Positions 1 to 13,796 of a stretch of 64,000 bases of DNA are shown here, piece after piece (position 1 is the stretch's first letter; each line of letters opens with the position of its first letter). The stretch is from the NCBI GenBank assembly GCA_000708835.1, contig DF237112.1, positions 99,342 to 163,341 of the forward strand. Reading direction: 5' to 3'. The notes under the pieces are model-generated. The model searched no databases and was not told the DNA's origin. It saw only the letters and a program-made list of their open reading frames with translations. The stretch is from Klebsormidium nitens. Its lineage: Eukaryota; Plantae; Klebsormidiophyceae. Position numbers and translations under genes: made by a program.

Positions 1-333
1 TGCTCAGCATGGGTGTCGGTTTGCTTGCTGGGAAGCGCAGGCAAGGGAGGGGCTTGCAGTGCAACCCCCGCATTGGGACCTTGTAGGAAACCAGCATCAT
101 GAATCAGATGTAAGACTTCTGCAACGCCACCCTCTTCATGGTGGTGATGGTAAACAGCTCAAAAAGCAGTCATAGCAGATTGCACTCTACTCTTCAAGAG
201 CATTATAGTGGAAGCCTCAACGTGTCACGTTGATGTCTGTCCTTCCATTCTGCTGCTCTGGTGTTAGGCTTACGAAACTCATTCTGGGCCTGAAATCAGT
301 CAACGCACACAGTCTTTCTCCAGGTTTGACAGG

Positions 334-3300
334 ATGTCGAAGTCCATCAACTTCCGACCTCCATTTCAGAGCGAGACAGCCACCCTGCTGGTACGTTGAA
401 AAGCTTCCCTAATCATACCACGCTCTGTTTGCTTCGTTCTTACATCTCTGGTGCTTATACGAACTCTTCGTTTATGCTTGGTAGAGTGACCACGTTGCAG
501 GGGACTCGTCGCATGTTGCTTCATGAACGTGTGGCATTCAGCTCAGAACTCGGGCCTCTATCTTCAAGAGCTGCAAAACAAATTTCATACATTCTACCCT
601 CAGATGCGCTGTCCTCAATTGCTTCCCTTCTATTCTGCAATCCGACAACATAAAGAGCTGCGCAAGCAAAGTCAGATAGTCGTTCGCTGATTTGCAGGAC
701 CTTTTTTCGGATGCTGACAACACCTTCAGGTTACTCACTGCTTGAGCTCACAAAAATCGGCCTTTTGCTTTCGCAGGTTGCTGTCCGCTGCAGACCCTTA
801 AATGCAAAGGAGAAGCTGAGATTCCGGGACATCCTACGGGTTGTAGATGACAAGGTATGCGTGCAAGTCTTGGCTACTATTTCAAGTCATGGAATGCGTC
901 CCTAGTGTCTGTCTTGAGTCCAGCACGATCAACATCCCGGAATAACCTTGTAAGAATTGTTTGAAGCGTTGGGCAGAAAGACCAATTTAGATATTCACCT
1001 TCTAGATGACCCGTCAGCGTATGCAAAGCCCGGATACAATCTGTATGCTTGGCAACTGCAACATACAACGGACTCCAGAGTCATGCTTTAGTCTGATCGT
1101 TCATTTGTCCCTTTCGCACCTGCAGATTGTGGTGGTTCTTGACCCGGACATCGCAAAGGAGTATCTTGACAAGGTGCAGGGACGAAGCAAGGAGAAGCAG
1201 TATGCGTTTGACTTGGCCTTCGATTACACAAACAGCAATGAGGTAAACATTTGCAAGGCAACTTCATCATTGTGTCAGCCTTGGGGAAGTCAAAAGGCAT
1301 TCTCGCTTGACTTTCGGGGCTTCCATCATGTGTTTGATCATGTCCGACTTGGCCGGACGAAAGAGCTCAGTATTTATGAAGGAGAGCGCTGCTCGCGAGT
1401 TGTCCCTTCATCATCGAACTAGCGAAGCCACGAAAAGATCTTAGGAAGTGAGAAAGTGCAAAGTAGATGAGAGGAGGGTGCAAGGATCTTAGGGCTTCTA
1501 CAGACTTACCTTCTGTACACATCTTCTCGAATCTTCGACCTTCTGGCTGGATTATCGAAGGCGTGCTTCTCATGGTTCTCTGCGATGCAGGTCGTATACC
1601 AACGAACCGTTGGCACGCTGGTACCCAACGTCGTCAAAGGCTTCACTTCGACGATCTTCGCTTACGGAGCAACAGGAAGGTGAGGGAGAGCCGCAAGCCA
1701 AGTTCTTTTCATCTTATGCAGAGCCCTAGTACCATTTCGCGGAAGCTTAGTTCCTTATGCGGTTTGAGCAGACACTAGAGCACCTAACCTCTTCAATTTC
1801 ACCGGCTGTAAGTGGCAGGTGGTCAAGAAAAGAGAACACTCTTTGTGGATGGCAAGACCTTCAGCGACTCATCCGCAGCGATACTGTTTGAAAGACGCAT
1901 ACACTTTCATGGGGGATGGAGCCCTCTCTTCGTGAGCACAGAATGGTAAAATCTGAATCTTATTATACGAACCTGGTTCCTTGTTGAAGGACCTACTTAT
2001 GAACAACCGTTCTTCCGTTGACTTCGTGCAGTGGAAAGACTCACACCATGGTTGGGACTCAAGACGACCCCGGGCTTATGGTTCTCAGCCTGCGAGACAT
2101 CTTCAACAGGATTCAGATGGAGACCGAGATAGATTTTGAAGTCACTTGCTCGTACCTTGAGGTGTATAACGAAGTTATCTACGATCTGCTGGAGCGATCT
2201 TCGGGCCATCTGGAGTTGAGGGAAGACCCGGAACAGGGCATCACGATTGCGGGGCTGAAGAAGATTCAGGTCAGTCAAGGGAGCTGTCTGTGACACTCAT
2301 CGCAGGGCTATTTTGGGCGGGAGAAATGGGCCTAAGTCGGGTTCCCCCTCCGACGCTGCCGACATGAGGATTCTTGCTGGCTTGTTTTGCAAGCTCTACA
2401 GTTTGCCCGACGACCTTAAGGAACCTCACGGAGTCCTACTCTGTCCGCCCTCTCAATGCTTCTTCCGAAGGAGCACGTAAGCAGAGGTTCTGGCGCGGCC
2501 CCACGAGAATTAACGCTTTCATATCTTGAATGAGAGTCAAACCTCTCCATTATAGCCAGATGTAAGAGACAGTGAATCCACGAGAGCCTGTCTTAAGTCG
2601 TCATCCTTCCTCTAGGTCAACTCGGCTGACCGCATCTTGGAGTTGCTCGAGGAGGGAAACAGCCGGCGGAAAACTGAGTCCACGGATGCCAACGCAACCT
2701 CCTCAAGGTGAGCCGCAGAGTCAGACGCTCGATCGTAAGCTTCCAGTTTAGAATCGACCAATGGCTTTGAAAGCAGGGCCAGAGTTCACTATTAGGGCAG
2801 GACGGACTGGACAACGTCTGGAGCGTTGCCTCTACCAGAATTGTCGCAAACAAGTTGACGTCGGCAATGATAGGAGTCGACCTCACTTTGTCCTAAGACC
2901 CGGGCATCACATTAAGGGCTTTAGCAATGGACACCGCATAGGGTATGAGATTCGCTGACTGCTAACTGTATTGCTAACTGTATGAGATTCGCTAACAAGA
3001 GTACGCGGCGACGAGCTGTCTCAATCACCGCTGCAGGTCACACGCTGTTTTGGAAATCGTCGTCAAGCGGAAGGAGAAGAACAACTACAACGCCCCGGTC
3101 TTGAAAGGGAAGCTGTCCCTTGTAGACCTGGCTGGCAGGTGGGTACAATCTGGAACTATGAAACTTCCTTCGTGAAACTTATACTGCGATAACGGATGAG
3201 CCACTTGCAACACGTGACGTCTCGAACAGACATTGCACTACTCTCCTTACTTTGATCGAAGGGAAAGGGCCACAAATCCCTTTGACTCTCTATCAGCGCA

Positions 3301-6300
3301 GCTTCCCTTTCTTGCAACAGACAGGGGAGAATGATCGCTAAACTTTGCTTTCAATGGATCAATCTATTTCACGTGCCTGCAGTGAGCGCGCGAGCGAGAC
3401 GAATAACGCGGGGCAGAAGCTGCGAGACGGGGCCAACATCAACCGGAGCCTTCTTGCGCTGGCGAACTGCATCAACGCGCTTGGAAAGCAGGGAAAGAAG
3501 GGGCTCTCGTATGTGCCCTATAGGAACAGGTGAGAATCTTTACGTCGCCTTGTTTATCTGGACACGTTGGACTCTTGAACTTTATAGGTTTTCCTCAACT
3601 GAGAGATCTGCTGACGAGCACGCGGATCAGTCTGATATTTGTAGATTTGGGGGATAGAAACTTGTCGACAAGACCTCACCCACTCCGTGATTCCGAAGGT
3701 GCGCCAGCCCTTTTTGCCGAGGGTCTGCCTAGCACCGCGACCCAAGCTTTCAAACTTAGCCTGTCATCTTCTGTCTATCAGACTTCTTCACTTCCTGATC
3801 AGCGCCCTTCAATTTTCAATATTTATTGGACCAAGCAACACTTCACTGTTCTCTCGTCTGCAGTAAGCTGACGCGGCTTCTCAAAGACGGCCTTAGCGGC
3901 AACTCGCGGACGGCTATGATTGCCACAGTCTCCTCCAGCAGCGACCAGTATCAGCACACGACCAACACGCTCAAGTATGCGGACAGAGCCAAAGAGATCA
4001 AGACGCACATACGGGTAAGCCCACATGCCTAAGCTTGGTGCTGAAAAGCATTCTTGGAAATTATATGATGTACCGCCTGCGAGCTACCTCCGCTTCCTTC
4101 ACAAGCAGTGCTACAAGGCTTTCAGAAAGCTCTCGGTTATGCCAAGGTTAAGTTCCGCACAGCTCTGATGAATTGATTTCTGCCGCTGCAGACGAACGTA
4201 GGCACGGTGGAGAGTCATATCTCAGACTACCAGAAGATGATTGACGGACTACAGGTAAGCTGCTCACATTCCTTTGAGGTTGGCAGTGGTTTCAAGTGGA
4301 AAAATTTGCACTCCTCTTCACTGGTTCCGCCTCCGACGATGCCTGCTGGCACGGCGTCGTGGGATTTACGACACGAAGTCGAGTGATGCCTCGGAACATC
4401 TTGCAAGCGCCAACCTTTGCTTTCTGCTTCAGCAACGCCTGTGTACCGACGTCAGTCAAATTCTGTAAAGGAACTGCCGCTTGAATGGTTACCTTTACTG
4501 CAGATTGAGGTACAGACCCTTCGGAAGCAGTTGACCGAGAAGGACACGCAATTGACGGCGCGGGACTCAAAGTCGGAAGATGCTGAGTTGGCTTGGCTCG
4601 ACGTTCTCAGGTGAATTTCAAAAACGTGTACAGCTGCTGTATCAGCTGCCACCCTACAGTTCCCGGCTTGGAAGAAGAAATTGAATCATTCACTTTTCCG
4701 TATTACCGACGTTAGAGAGAACGTGAAAACATGGATTTCACACAAGGCTTTTCATCTTGACCGATAGCGAGAGGGTAGTCTGTTACAAAATATTCTTCTC
4801 TCCAACTCCGCAGTCAAATTTGCAGGCACGATCCGGCCAGAATACAGAGCTTCCTTCTTCGGCCGAACGACAAGGCTCGAACTGGTCTTCCTCTCCATAT
4901 CTTCATTCTTAGAATCAGCAGAGATGGCCCGCATATAGAGCTGTCAGAATGCCGGAGCTTTAGCCTTAGGAAAAACGAATGTATGGCCAGCATTTAAAGG
5001 CTTAAAGCCAGAGCTTTTGATTTCTGACGGCTTTACCTCCGGTTTGCAGTACCGAGATCAGCGAGAATGTGGATGAGCGGATCAACCTGCAAAAGGCTCT
5101 GTTCGAACTGGAGGACATCACGCTGGAGAACAGAAACGAGGTGGAGCAGATCGAGGCGGCGATAGCGCGCGTGGAGGGAGGGGAGATGGCTCCAGACGAC
5201 GACCTAGAAACCCTTAGGGTATGAAAGTTTTCTCAAGCTACAATTTCAATCCTGACTCTTTATAGGCTCGTGAAGAGCCGTGAAAAGATTCTGTGTATTA
5301 TTGATCGTGAGAAAGTAGATAATTCAGGCCTGCTTTGTTCGTTTCCTTGGTCCGAGCATCAAGGATTGCGTTCGTGACTAAAGTGCATCCAACCTTATCA
5401 CTGCCGACAAAATTCAGTCTGCAGACCAAGTTTCTTTGTCTGAGATAGATGGTGTTGCTTGCTCTTGTTGCGGCTCCTGATCCTACTTGATCCAATAATT
5501 TCAGACTTCTCTGATCCCTTGGATCAATCGGGAAAATTGATTGAATCGTTGGCCGGTGCAGCTTTATTGTGTAAAAGACCTTCATACTACTGCAGGAACG
5601 ACATCAGATGGCTCTCGAAAACCTGCGCGAGAACGAGGATGCCAGCGCGCGGTACAAGGCAGACATTTCCAACAACGAGGCCCTGCGAAAAGAATTGCAG
5701 GTAAATCAGAAAACTGCGCTGCTAACAAAATGTGGATCGCACTTGTCGAACTTCTATAGGTCCACTGCCCGTGTAAGTTGTTTCTTTAGTGTCAACGGCT
5801 CACTAGCTCAACCATGCAAAGTCATTTTTAAAGAGGGAGCATTGCTAAAAAGTACTGTGGAGGAAGGATTCACTTTACGAGCTTTGTTGGCTGTGCAATT
5901 TTCTGAGCAAGTTAATCACATGTCACACCAGAATTTTAGCGCTTCCAAAAGCAAGGTGACAGACCCACCTTTCCGTCCCGGAAAGGCGACACCCCAATCT
6001 GCAGATTTTCAATGCTTTGGTTCAGTGACTCGACCACACGAGGACCTGTATGCATTATTCCCGATTCTCAGCACTACGCGTTCTGTTGTCATGCAGAAAA
6101 AGATTGACTCGGCCATCCAGAGTGACCACAACACCACCTTCCTACGGATACTCAGCCAGTACCGGCTGTTGGGAATGACCAACATGGAGCTCCAGATTCA
6201 GATGGCTATCAGAGATCAGGTGAGAACTATGGTAGCTGCTCGTATTCAGGGACATCCGGACGCTTTGACTGACAAAAAGAAAGGAAAGTTGTTAATGAAT

Positions 6301-8465
6301 GTGCGTCCGAAAACCCAAAGGCACGTTCCCCGTCCAATATCTCTTGCCTGCGTGTCACTGTAAGCTAAAAGTTTGAATCACGAGGACCTGCACTACTCAA
6401 ACGAGAACGGAGCAGAGACTCGATGTAGCCTCTCAAATTGGTAAGACAGACACGGAGGAGGGTTCAAGCAAAAGTTTTCTTTCAACCCGTTGTTTTCGTC
6501 TTGCTTTGCAGATCATCCAGGACCAGAGCGACGTCGTCAACAGCCTTTGGCAGGTGCTCGAGGCGACCGGCCTAGACCACGCGCAGATCATCCAAGTCGC
6601 CGCCGAAAACGGGATAACCATAGACGACAACGGGTGCCCAGGCCAAGTCCCCAACATCCGGCCGGGGGCGAACCGGTTCCAAAAAGACGGCGCAGGGGGG
6701 CAAAACCGCCCGAAAATGCGTCTCGACATGTTGCAAATCATTCCCCCCGAGCAATACCGGGCCAGCGTTTTGGGCGACAACGCGGCGCGCGACGCGGCCG
6801 CGCCGGTCGCCGCCCAGAGCGCGGCCGCGCACGCGGAGGGGGGCTATCTCGCGGCCTTCCAGAACGGGGTTAACGCAAACGCGAGGGGCAGTTACGCCCA
6901 GTCGCACGCTCAGAGCAGCAGTGCGATGGGCTTTGGCGGAGGGGGCGACCATCACGCGTCTCCCCCGCGCAGCAAGTCGCCCCTCCCGAGCCCCCGCCCA
7001 GCGTCCTCCCCCTCCGTGACGGCGCAACCGCCGAGCGTTGTCGCCAACGGACTGAGCACGTATCCCGGAAGTCTAGGTAAGCACGACGACCAATTACAGG
7101 AACTACAGGGTGTTTATTCTGATTGCTGCTAGTCTCTGAAGTGGTAGTGCTCAATGAGCATTTGCAATCCTCAAATGGAATCCTCAAAATCCTCAAAATC
7201 CGTTCACCTTCCATGTATCCAGGATGCTGCGATTCTGCTCTAGATTGCCGGCCTCCCGAAACGATATACTTTCGCAACTCTCCAGAAAGACTCTTCCACT
7301 CGCGGAAGATACTTGTGATAGTGTCTGAAAAGCTCTACCGTCCGTAAACGCGATGCCACTTTCTGCTGCAGGTTCGCCCCCCGTGAGTCCCCGGGGCAAC
7401 CCGACGGGCGGTTACAAGGCCTCCCCGTTCTCTTTGGTACATACCCGCAGCGCCGGAAACAGTCCCCGGCCAAGTATTCCGAGCCGGGAAGGCCTGTCAC
7501 AGCGACCCGCCTCTTCCGCGAGCATTAGCTCCGACCAAAGTTTCGCCTTCAGAAGGGGCGAAATTGCGCCCGGTGAAAGGAGCTCCGGTGACGAGGAAAC
7601 CTACGAAGCGGGCCAAGAAGGGCGGAGTTGGAGCCCGGTTAGGATAACCCGCCCGACCAGCCTGCGGAGAGAAGGATGGGTTAGCGAGCAGACCTCCGCA
7701 GCTAACCGGACGGTTAGCAGCCCCTCGCGAAATGACGACGGGAACGCGTTGTCGTCTGAGAGCTGGGCGAGCGCTGCGGACGATCTGTCGGACAGCGACG
7801 CGGAGGTTAGGACGCCGGTTAAGGGCTTGGTAAGGGCAAACATGGAGGAGGCGTGGGGATCCAGGGCGATGGAGGGCGACGAAACGGCGGCGGGTTCCAA
7901 GATGGTTAAGGATAATGAGAACTTGCGGAAGCAGATAACGAGGCTCGGGACCGAGCTTGCGAGCTTGCAAAAGGACTTGCACAGCGGACGGGGGGGCGTT
8001 AAGGGGAGCTTCCGGCGGAAGAGCAGCGTTAACTACAAGGCGGGTTACGGGTCGGTGAGCGACGGCGAGGATCGGTACGGGCGGTCGAACACGGCTGCGT
8101 CTGATAGGCGGAATAGGAACGTCCACGTGGCGCAAGAATACTCGACGGACTCGGAGCAGGAAGAGGAGCAGAGCACGTTGACGAGCCACCGGATAAGCTA
8201 CAGCGTTGGCCATAGCGGATCCGCTGAGCCGCCTTCTTATGAGCGCTCGCGGGCGCGGGGTCTAGGAGCGGTGCCCGAGAGCAGCGCCCGGAAGTCACCT
8301 ACCGGGGGCTTTGTACATGAGAAACGGCAGAGTATGGTTGGTTCGCATGCCAGTCGGAGTACGGACGCGGGGAGGCGGCGATCGAGCAAAACGGAAGGGG
8401 GCTTGCCGGGAATGTCAGCCGCGGCCAAGATGAGGAACGTAAAGACCATTCCGGACTGGCGGTAA
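334..8465 (+). CDS. KIN8B: Kinesin-8 family motor protein (plant KIN8B-like), 16 exons, about 1098 aa
   Basis: Exons 334-390, 777-854, 1126-1242, 1591-1679, 2032-2269, 2616-2707, 3037-3138, 3383-3529, 3864-4014, 4192-4254, 4504-4610, 5050-5218, 5596-5700, 6097-6219, 6512-7076 and 7372-8465 all have GT-AG boundaries and sum to 3297 nt in frame. Motifs: VAVRCRP, P-loop [38 protein letters not shown]-like YVPYRNSKLTR, and a kinesin-8B-type stalk ([19 protein letters not shown]). The tail is long and low-complexity. Confidence 0.95.
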
Positions 8466-9520
8466 CAAGGATGAGCGTTGTGAGACTGGTCACCTGTGCA
8501 CAGCAAAAACCTGGCACAAATGAGAGACACTTTCATGGCGCGAATCGGACCAAAGTCGCTCTTACCGCGGTCGTTTCGGCTGTAATTTTGTACTTCATAT
8601 GTATACACTAATTGGCATCATGCACCTCCATTTCAAAAGGCTCTTTACGAGTTGAACGAGCTGATCAACACGATTCACCAAATGAAACCGTCGGGTCATC
8701 GGAATCTGTTCAAGTGGACCTAATCTTGCTCAGATGGATCCAAAGGAGGAGCCCATTGAACTTTGACCCATGCACCCCATACTGACAAACAAAATTGAGC
8801 GCGTTCAACGTCAGATTGATCCTCAGATCAGTCGACTGCATCTTCAATCCACTATGCATATATTTAGTTGCATCGTCTGGAATGTTTCTCCTAGACGTAG
8901 ATCATGTGCATTGGTTGCGTGAGCAAACCGGCATACTCAGCCACAACTTCACTCATTTTTCATACACCACAAGACTTGAAAACCTTACTTCAGCTACTGT
9001 CAATCACTTCTGAATGCGTCTCAAAAAGAATGCCAACATTCCAATAGGTTGCAACAATGGTTATTACGGACACACGCACAAGGAAACGCGATGTAACATG
9101 CTCTCACGAAACATTGACAAGCGCAACTTGTGTGTACCTAAAGTCCGATGCTGAAAAGTGCAGGACGGCATGATCAGCCGTAAAACTTCATTACGTTTTG
9201 CATATGCAATTCGTCGAGTGACTTAACTCTGTCATTCACTTGACATCCGTCCCACCATAAATGTGCCATGTACGGCCAATAGCCGCAATGCTAGATGCAC
9301 GGACACATGCGATCGAAAGGGAACGCGATGTGGAAATTCTCTCACAAACCATTAATGACCCCGCAGTTTGTGCAATGTCTGCCCATCTGTCTCCTGAAAA
9401 CAGCAGTCTTAACTGATCTGGAATCTTATCTAATCACCGATTGCAATATCCGTTTATCAAAAACTGCGTATGATTGCTCTCTCATACCACGCTGCTACCT
9501 CTCGTGACTGTGGTCGAGTT

Positions 9521-9769
9521 CTAAGTGTTGGATGAGAACGCGAAGTCTGCGCGCGTCATCGGCTGGAAAAGCAGCGCGCGCATAACCAGGCAAGATAGCA
9601 CCGCCATCCAGTAGCTCATATGCGGGAGCTGAAACATCCCTGTGGCCACCTTGTTGTAGCACCAGTAGAAGATTGCCGGGTAGAAGAAGATGTCCCCGCA
9701 GACAACGGCGACACCAATCAAGAGGTAGAGACCGTGAAAGGATGTAATCTCGGGCGCACTATTCGCCAT
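9521..9769 (-). CDS. Small 82-aa two-TM membrane protein, unknown function
   Basis: ATG at 9769 (MANSAPEITSFHGLYLLIGVAVVCGDIFFYPAIFYWCYNKVATGMFQLPHMSYWMAVLSCLVMRALLFQP...). It has two hydrophobic helices and an upstream ctgcgcag acceptor-like site suggesting a 5'UTR intron. Confidence 0.55.
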   Translation of the reverse strand: MANSAPEITSFHGLYLLIGVAVVCGDIFFYPAIFYWCYNKVATGMFQLPHMSYWMAVLSCLVMRALLFQPMTRADFAFSSNT

Positions 9770-11271
9770 GGATTCAAGCCTGCGCAGTTGAAAAAGTGGA
9801 TCCTGAAATTCTGCTTCTGGCTGGTGACGTTCTGGAATGCTAACTCTTTTGCGGGTTTTGATTACGTAATTGCTCTGAAAGCAGACACACAGAAGGTCGG
9901 TCACTTGATGTGTCTAACAACAAATCTGCGGAAACCTGTAAGCGCTAAAGAGACTCCAAAAGGTTGGGGCCGATCCACCAAAGTTCTGGCTATGAGAACG
10001 ATACTTTAACAAATGTCAGTCGGGGTTGAGTTTTGGATGTGGAAGCTTAGCCGCTTTGTTTGTGCATCATACGGAATGAAGCTGTACAGTAGGAGGATAT
10101 GGAGAATTTACTTTTCTGAGTGGAACTCAAGACATCAATCTCCCCAAAACTTGAAACGACGCTGGTAAATATCGATCAAGCCTCCTCCCAACAAGACACC
10201 GAATTTGGACCCGTCTACGCGAACCTGGAGCACGTCGCCATCTAAGTAATCAATCAAAGGGCAGAACGACATGGACAGGGAGGTATTGTTCCGTGATAAA
10301 GTTTGGTATCGGAAAGCATGAGTAAGGCAGAAGTCTGAAGAGCGTGAACAAAACGCAATGAGAGATACCAAAAGAGTCAATGTGTCCTGAACGTTTGCAG
10401 CAGACTGACCGCAGATACAAAGGAAGGGCTGGTCTTCCTACTTCAAAAAATCTTCTATGGTGTATACGAAGACTTTCTAGTGGTCGAAGACGCTGATTTT
10501 TTATTTGAACCTTTTTATGAGATCCCGCCTTTATCACCATTCCAGGTCCTAGTTGACGTCCTGTCGTAGTTGGCGGTAACACTTGCTTGTCATCGAATTC
10601 GGTAGAATCTCAATTATATGCGTAGTAAACAATGACCAAAAGGCTCCATCGCTCCTTCGAGAAGAGGCTCATAAACAAAAACCTTGGACATCAGCATCCT
10701 CCTTCAAAAGCCCTGGAACAATACCCTCGAGACTGCATGACTATGGATTGATAGGGATGTATATTACGTATATTGTGATCAAAACAAGAGTAGAAACTTT
10801 CTTCTCAAGGAGAGACCATTTTGACATTCGCTTTCACTTCCACCTTGAGACATCCACAGAACTCTCGTGCAACGCAATTTGTGAATCCTCTGTATATCAC
10901 GCAAAAGACGGACGCGTACGAGAAGAGACTTACCACAGAGAATGTGACGTTCGAAGAGTGCTGAAGTACGTGTCCACTCTTTGTCTAGCCGAAACGCACG
11001 GTCCCTAGTTGAGGAGAACACTACCTGAGTTTCAAAGATTTGTGAAGGTCCCTTAAAGCTCTTTGCTGGAAGGACACACCAAGTTTGCAAGGAGCGTGTG
11101 GTCCTTGAGGCTTGAGCTTATAAGCTTTTGTTATGAGATGCCGGTGGTTCCAAGATGCGGCTCTTAGATCTCGCTACCCTAGACTCGGAGAAAGACCGAG
11201 AGCTGTTCTGACGGGCACTCCTCGGATGCGTTGCTTCGTCATCCAAACCTGGCAGAAGTCTGATGGCGGCT

Positions 11272-11312
11272 AGCGTCGCGGCCGCCTCCGCGGCGACGCG
11301 GCCGCGGTAGTC
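11272..11312 (+). promoter_or_regulatory. GC-rich GCGGCCGC-containing block upstream of BTB copy 1
   Basis: gtcgcggccgcctccgcggcgacgcggccgcgg aligns with the blocks upstream of BTB copies 2a (19596-19785) and 3 (48168-48265, minus strand). A regulatory role is inferred. Confidence 0.45.
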
Positions 11313-11504
11313 CCGGCGCGGCGCCACGCGGCGCCTCTAAGTTTCTGACTTTCTACAGAGCCGAGGGTTTCGAGTGTTTGAGCGCATGCGCGCGGCCGCG
11401 CCACCCGCTTCTCAAAGCGCAAGAAGACGACTTTAGTGAGGTGGTTTGTTCAAAATGATTTCGCCATTTGTATTGCACGCAGCTAGCAGGTCCGGCTCAA
11501 GGTT

Positions 11505-12690
11505 ATGGAGCCAACTGAAGCAGAGAGTAACATGAGGCAGGAGATCAGTTTCAAGTTCGACACGCCGGACAACAGTCACCCGCTTGTCTTCTTGAAATTG
11601 GTCAAAGAAGCGCCGCAGATAGAAGCCGATCTTCCAAGTAGCTCCACTTCGTACTCAAGGACGCTCGCTATTCACCCCGGAAAGCTGACCGTGAGCCCTT
11701 TCTTTGCGGCGCTTCTGCAACGCTGGGCTTCCAACGGCCTCCATGCAAACGGTCCAACGACAGTGAAGGTGTTTGAGCTGGGGTGCGAGGATCCGGATGC
11801 TGCTTCTCTCGCTATCCAGATCCTCGCTGAATCGCTGTCACTGGTGTGGAAACAGCAAGCCGTCCGGTTCTCCTGCACGGAGTAGCGCAAGCCCTCTCAG
11901 TCCTGAGGGCTTGCAGATACTTCCTGTTGGATTCTGGGGTCACATATTGCAAGCAGTACTTGGAAGCCTCAGAATGGACCTCAGATGAGAGGGAAGAGAT
12001 CCTGGTCACCTTCGAGAATTTGGGGTTTGGAACTGTCAGGGGAGCTCGAGGAAAGGCTGGCAGATCTGAAGAGCGACAGCGGGTCTGCCTTTGGCGAGGA
12101 GCTCTTGCGGAAATTGATGGAGGGTGCAATGTCCCTAGAAAGTGGCCCGTTCTTCTGCAAGTTCTTTCCAAGCAAGAGCCAGATGGACGGCTCTGAGAGG
12201 CTGCGCGTGGTTGTTGAAGAGATAGGAGATTCGGAGTGGCTTGGACTCAATCGGGAGTCTGTTCAGACAATCCTAGGAACAGGGCTAGTGCTCGAGCTAG
12301 GATTTGGGACGGCGAACGCTCTACTGCAGGCAACGACTCAGGCCATGATGGTGATGAGGGAGCTTCCAGAGCGTAGGCCTGCTTGAAACTTCGGTTAAGC
12401 GCTCAAGACAATCCTTCGTCCGCCACGTGTCCTGCTTGGGTTGGCTGTCCGCGCTGTGCGTCAAACACGGGGTAGCGCTCGAGAAGATCAAAGCACAGTG
12501 CGAGCACCGGACACTCAAGAAGACAGCGGCGGACACATTTCGGACCGTCTTTTGTTCGTTAGCCGTAGGAAAGCAGGAGAAGGTTGTGCTAAGGTGGGCA
12601 GGCGCGCTCGCGCGGACCAGGCCTGTGGGAAAGTATAGGTTCTTGCTCGACGGTGTGTTTGGAGACTGGTGTAAACAGTGGGGGGCATAA
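11505..12690 (+). pseudogene. BTB/POZ-domain family paralogue, copy 1 (At3g50780/At1g63850-like fold), frameshifted and internally deleted
   Basis: LTVSPFFAALLQRW...CEDPDAASLAIQIL...VAQALSVLRACRYFLLDSGVTYCKQYLEASEWT is a plant BTB pattern. Homology to copy 3 is split over several frames by an 8-nt insertion (tcgctg-aa-tcgctg, about 11830), a +1 T (about 12027), a stop at 12384 and a deletion of about 0.7 kb. Confidence 0.8.
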
Positions 12691-13029
12691 TGCAAAAGTC
12701 AAGTGCGGAGGTCAAAACGGCGTACAAACCTATCATGAAGTGCTGCTGATGCCGAGCTTCTCGCGTCTTGTCGGCGCGTTCTCGGCAAAGGTATCTTTGA
12801 ACGACAGTTGGATGTGCACCCAAGTTCCAGGTTGACTGAGCTGATGGGGCGGTCAGATGCCGGCAGCATGCACATGCTTCCGAAGCCTTGGAAGTTCCTT
12901 GGAGTATTTCTTATGAATCACAGTTGTGCACGTCCCAACCTTGACGTACTGTGACTATGATCCTTCATAACCGACCTCTGCTAAGTACAGGTTAAATGGA
13001 TTCTGGATATGCATCGAACTCGTTCCTCT

Positions 13030-13132
13030 CTTTTTTTTCCTTTTTTTTTTTTACCTCGGTCCAGGGGGTCGGGGCCTCTAGGCCCGCAAAAACTGCCAGG
13101 GTGTGACCCTGCGATCCTGCGACCCCCCTTTT
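13030..13132. other. Poly(T) tract plus GC-rich multi-hairpin element
   Basis: T-run at 13031-13052, then outer stem agggggtcg/cgaccccct enclosing hairpins gggcc-tcta-ggccc and cagggt-gtg-accctg. Confidence 0.4.
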
Positions 13133-13796
13133 AGTGGAACCGGTAGATTCGGTTCTTGTCATAAGCTCGGATATATTTCACGGTCTTGCTTGATAGCATA
13201 TTGACAACGGGCCGCTGTTCAGAATTGGTAACCGAAGACCTAAGTTTCTATATTTGAAAGCACCAATTCTGTTTAGAATCGTCAGCCATCCGCATGGACA
13301 GAATGCAGCGAAAAACTGCGCATTAGAATCAGCATCGAACTCCTTTGAGTCAGTTACTTTTGCATAGGCAAGGAATTTCATTCGACCGGGTGGCGCGTTG
13401 CGTCACATTATGCATGTGCACTGACGGACATGCCTGGCTTTATTGCTCAGGGTACCGAGCTGGCTGGTTCTTGCAAGTAGAGATATCAAGACCATTGTAT
13501 GCAGTGCGCAGTGGGCCCGGGAGCGATACATTGTCACAAACAATTCCATGAAATTATTGCACATGACACACACACAATCTGGTGCTAGGCTGCTCCCGGC
13601 ATAAGACATTGCGCATGTTATTGCCACGTGATCATGGATGATGAACAAGCCTGGCAAACCAACAAGCAACGTCTTGAATATGCATTGTGCGGACACCCGC
13701 ACCCTAAATCATGTTTTAGCGAGATCCTCGTCTTAACTATTGTGCTTTTCACCAGTATGTATCTCTTGCACCACGGCTTACAGATTGAGTCATTGT

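Noticed and set aside
5608-6363. 251-aa ORF as a standalone gene
   Set aside because: Read-through of two kinesin exons across an intron that lacks in-frame stops.
7497-8213. 238-aa minus-strand ORF (also 6572-7027)
   Set aside because: Antisense shadow of GC-rich kinesin exons.
10100-11330. Several minus-strand ORFs (e.g. LDGDVLQVRVDGSKFGVLLGGG…)
   Set aside because: Protein-like patches are interrupted by stops in all frames, with no recognisable family or consistent splice model. It is possibly a decayed gene but unsupported.
13030-13132. Hammerhead ribozyme
   Set aside because: No CUGAnGA/GAAA catalytic core on either strand.
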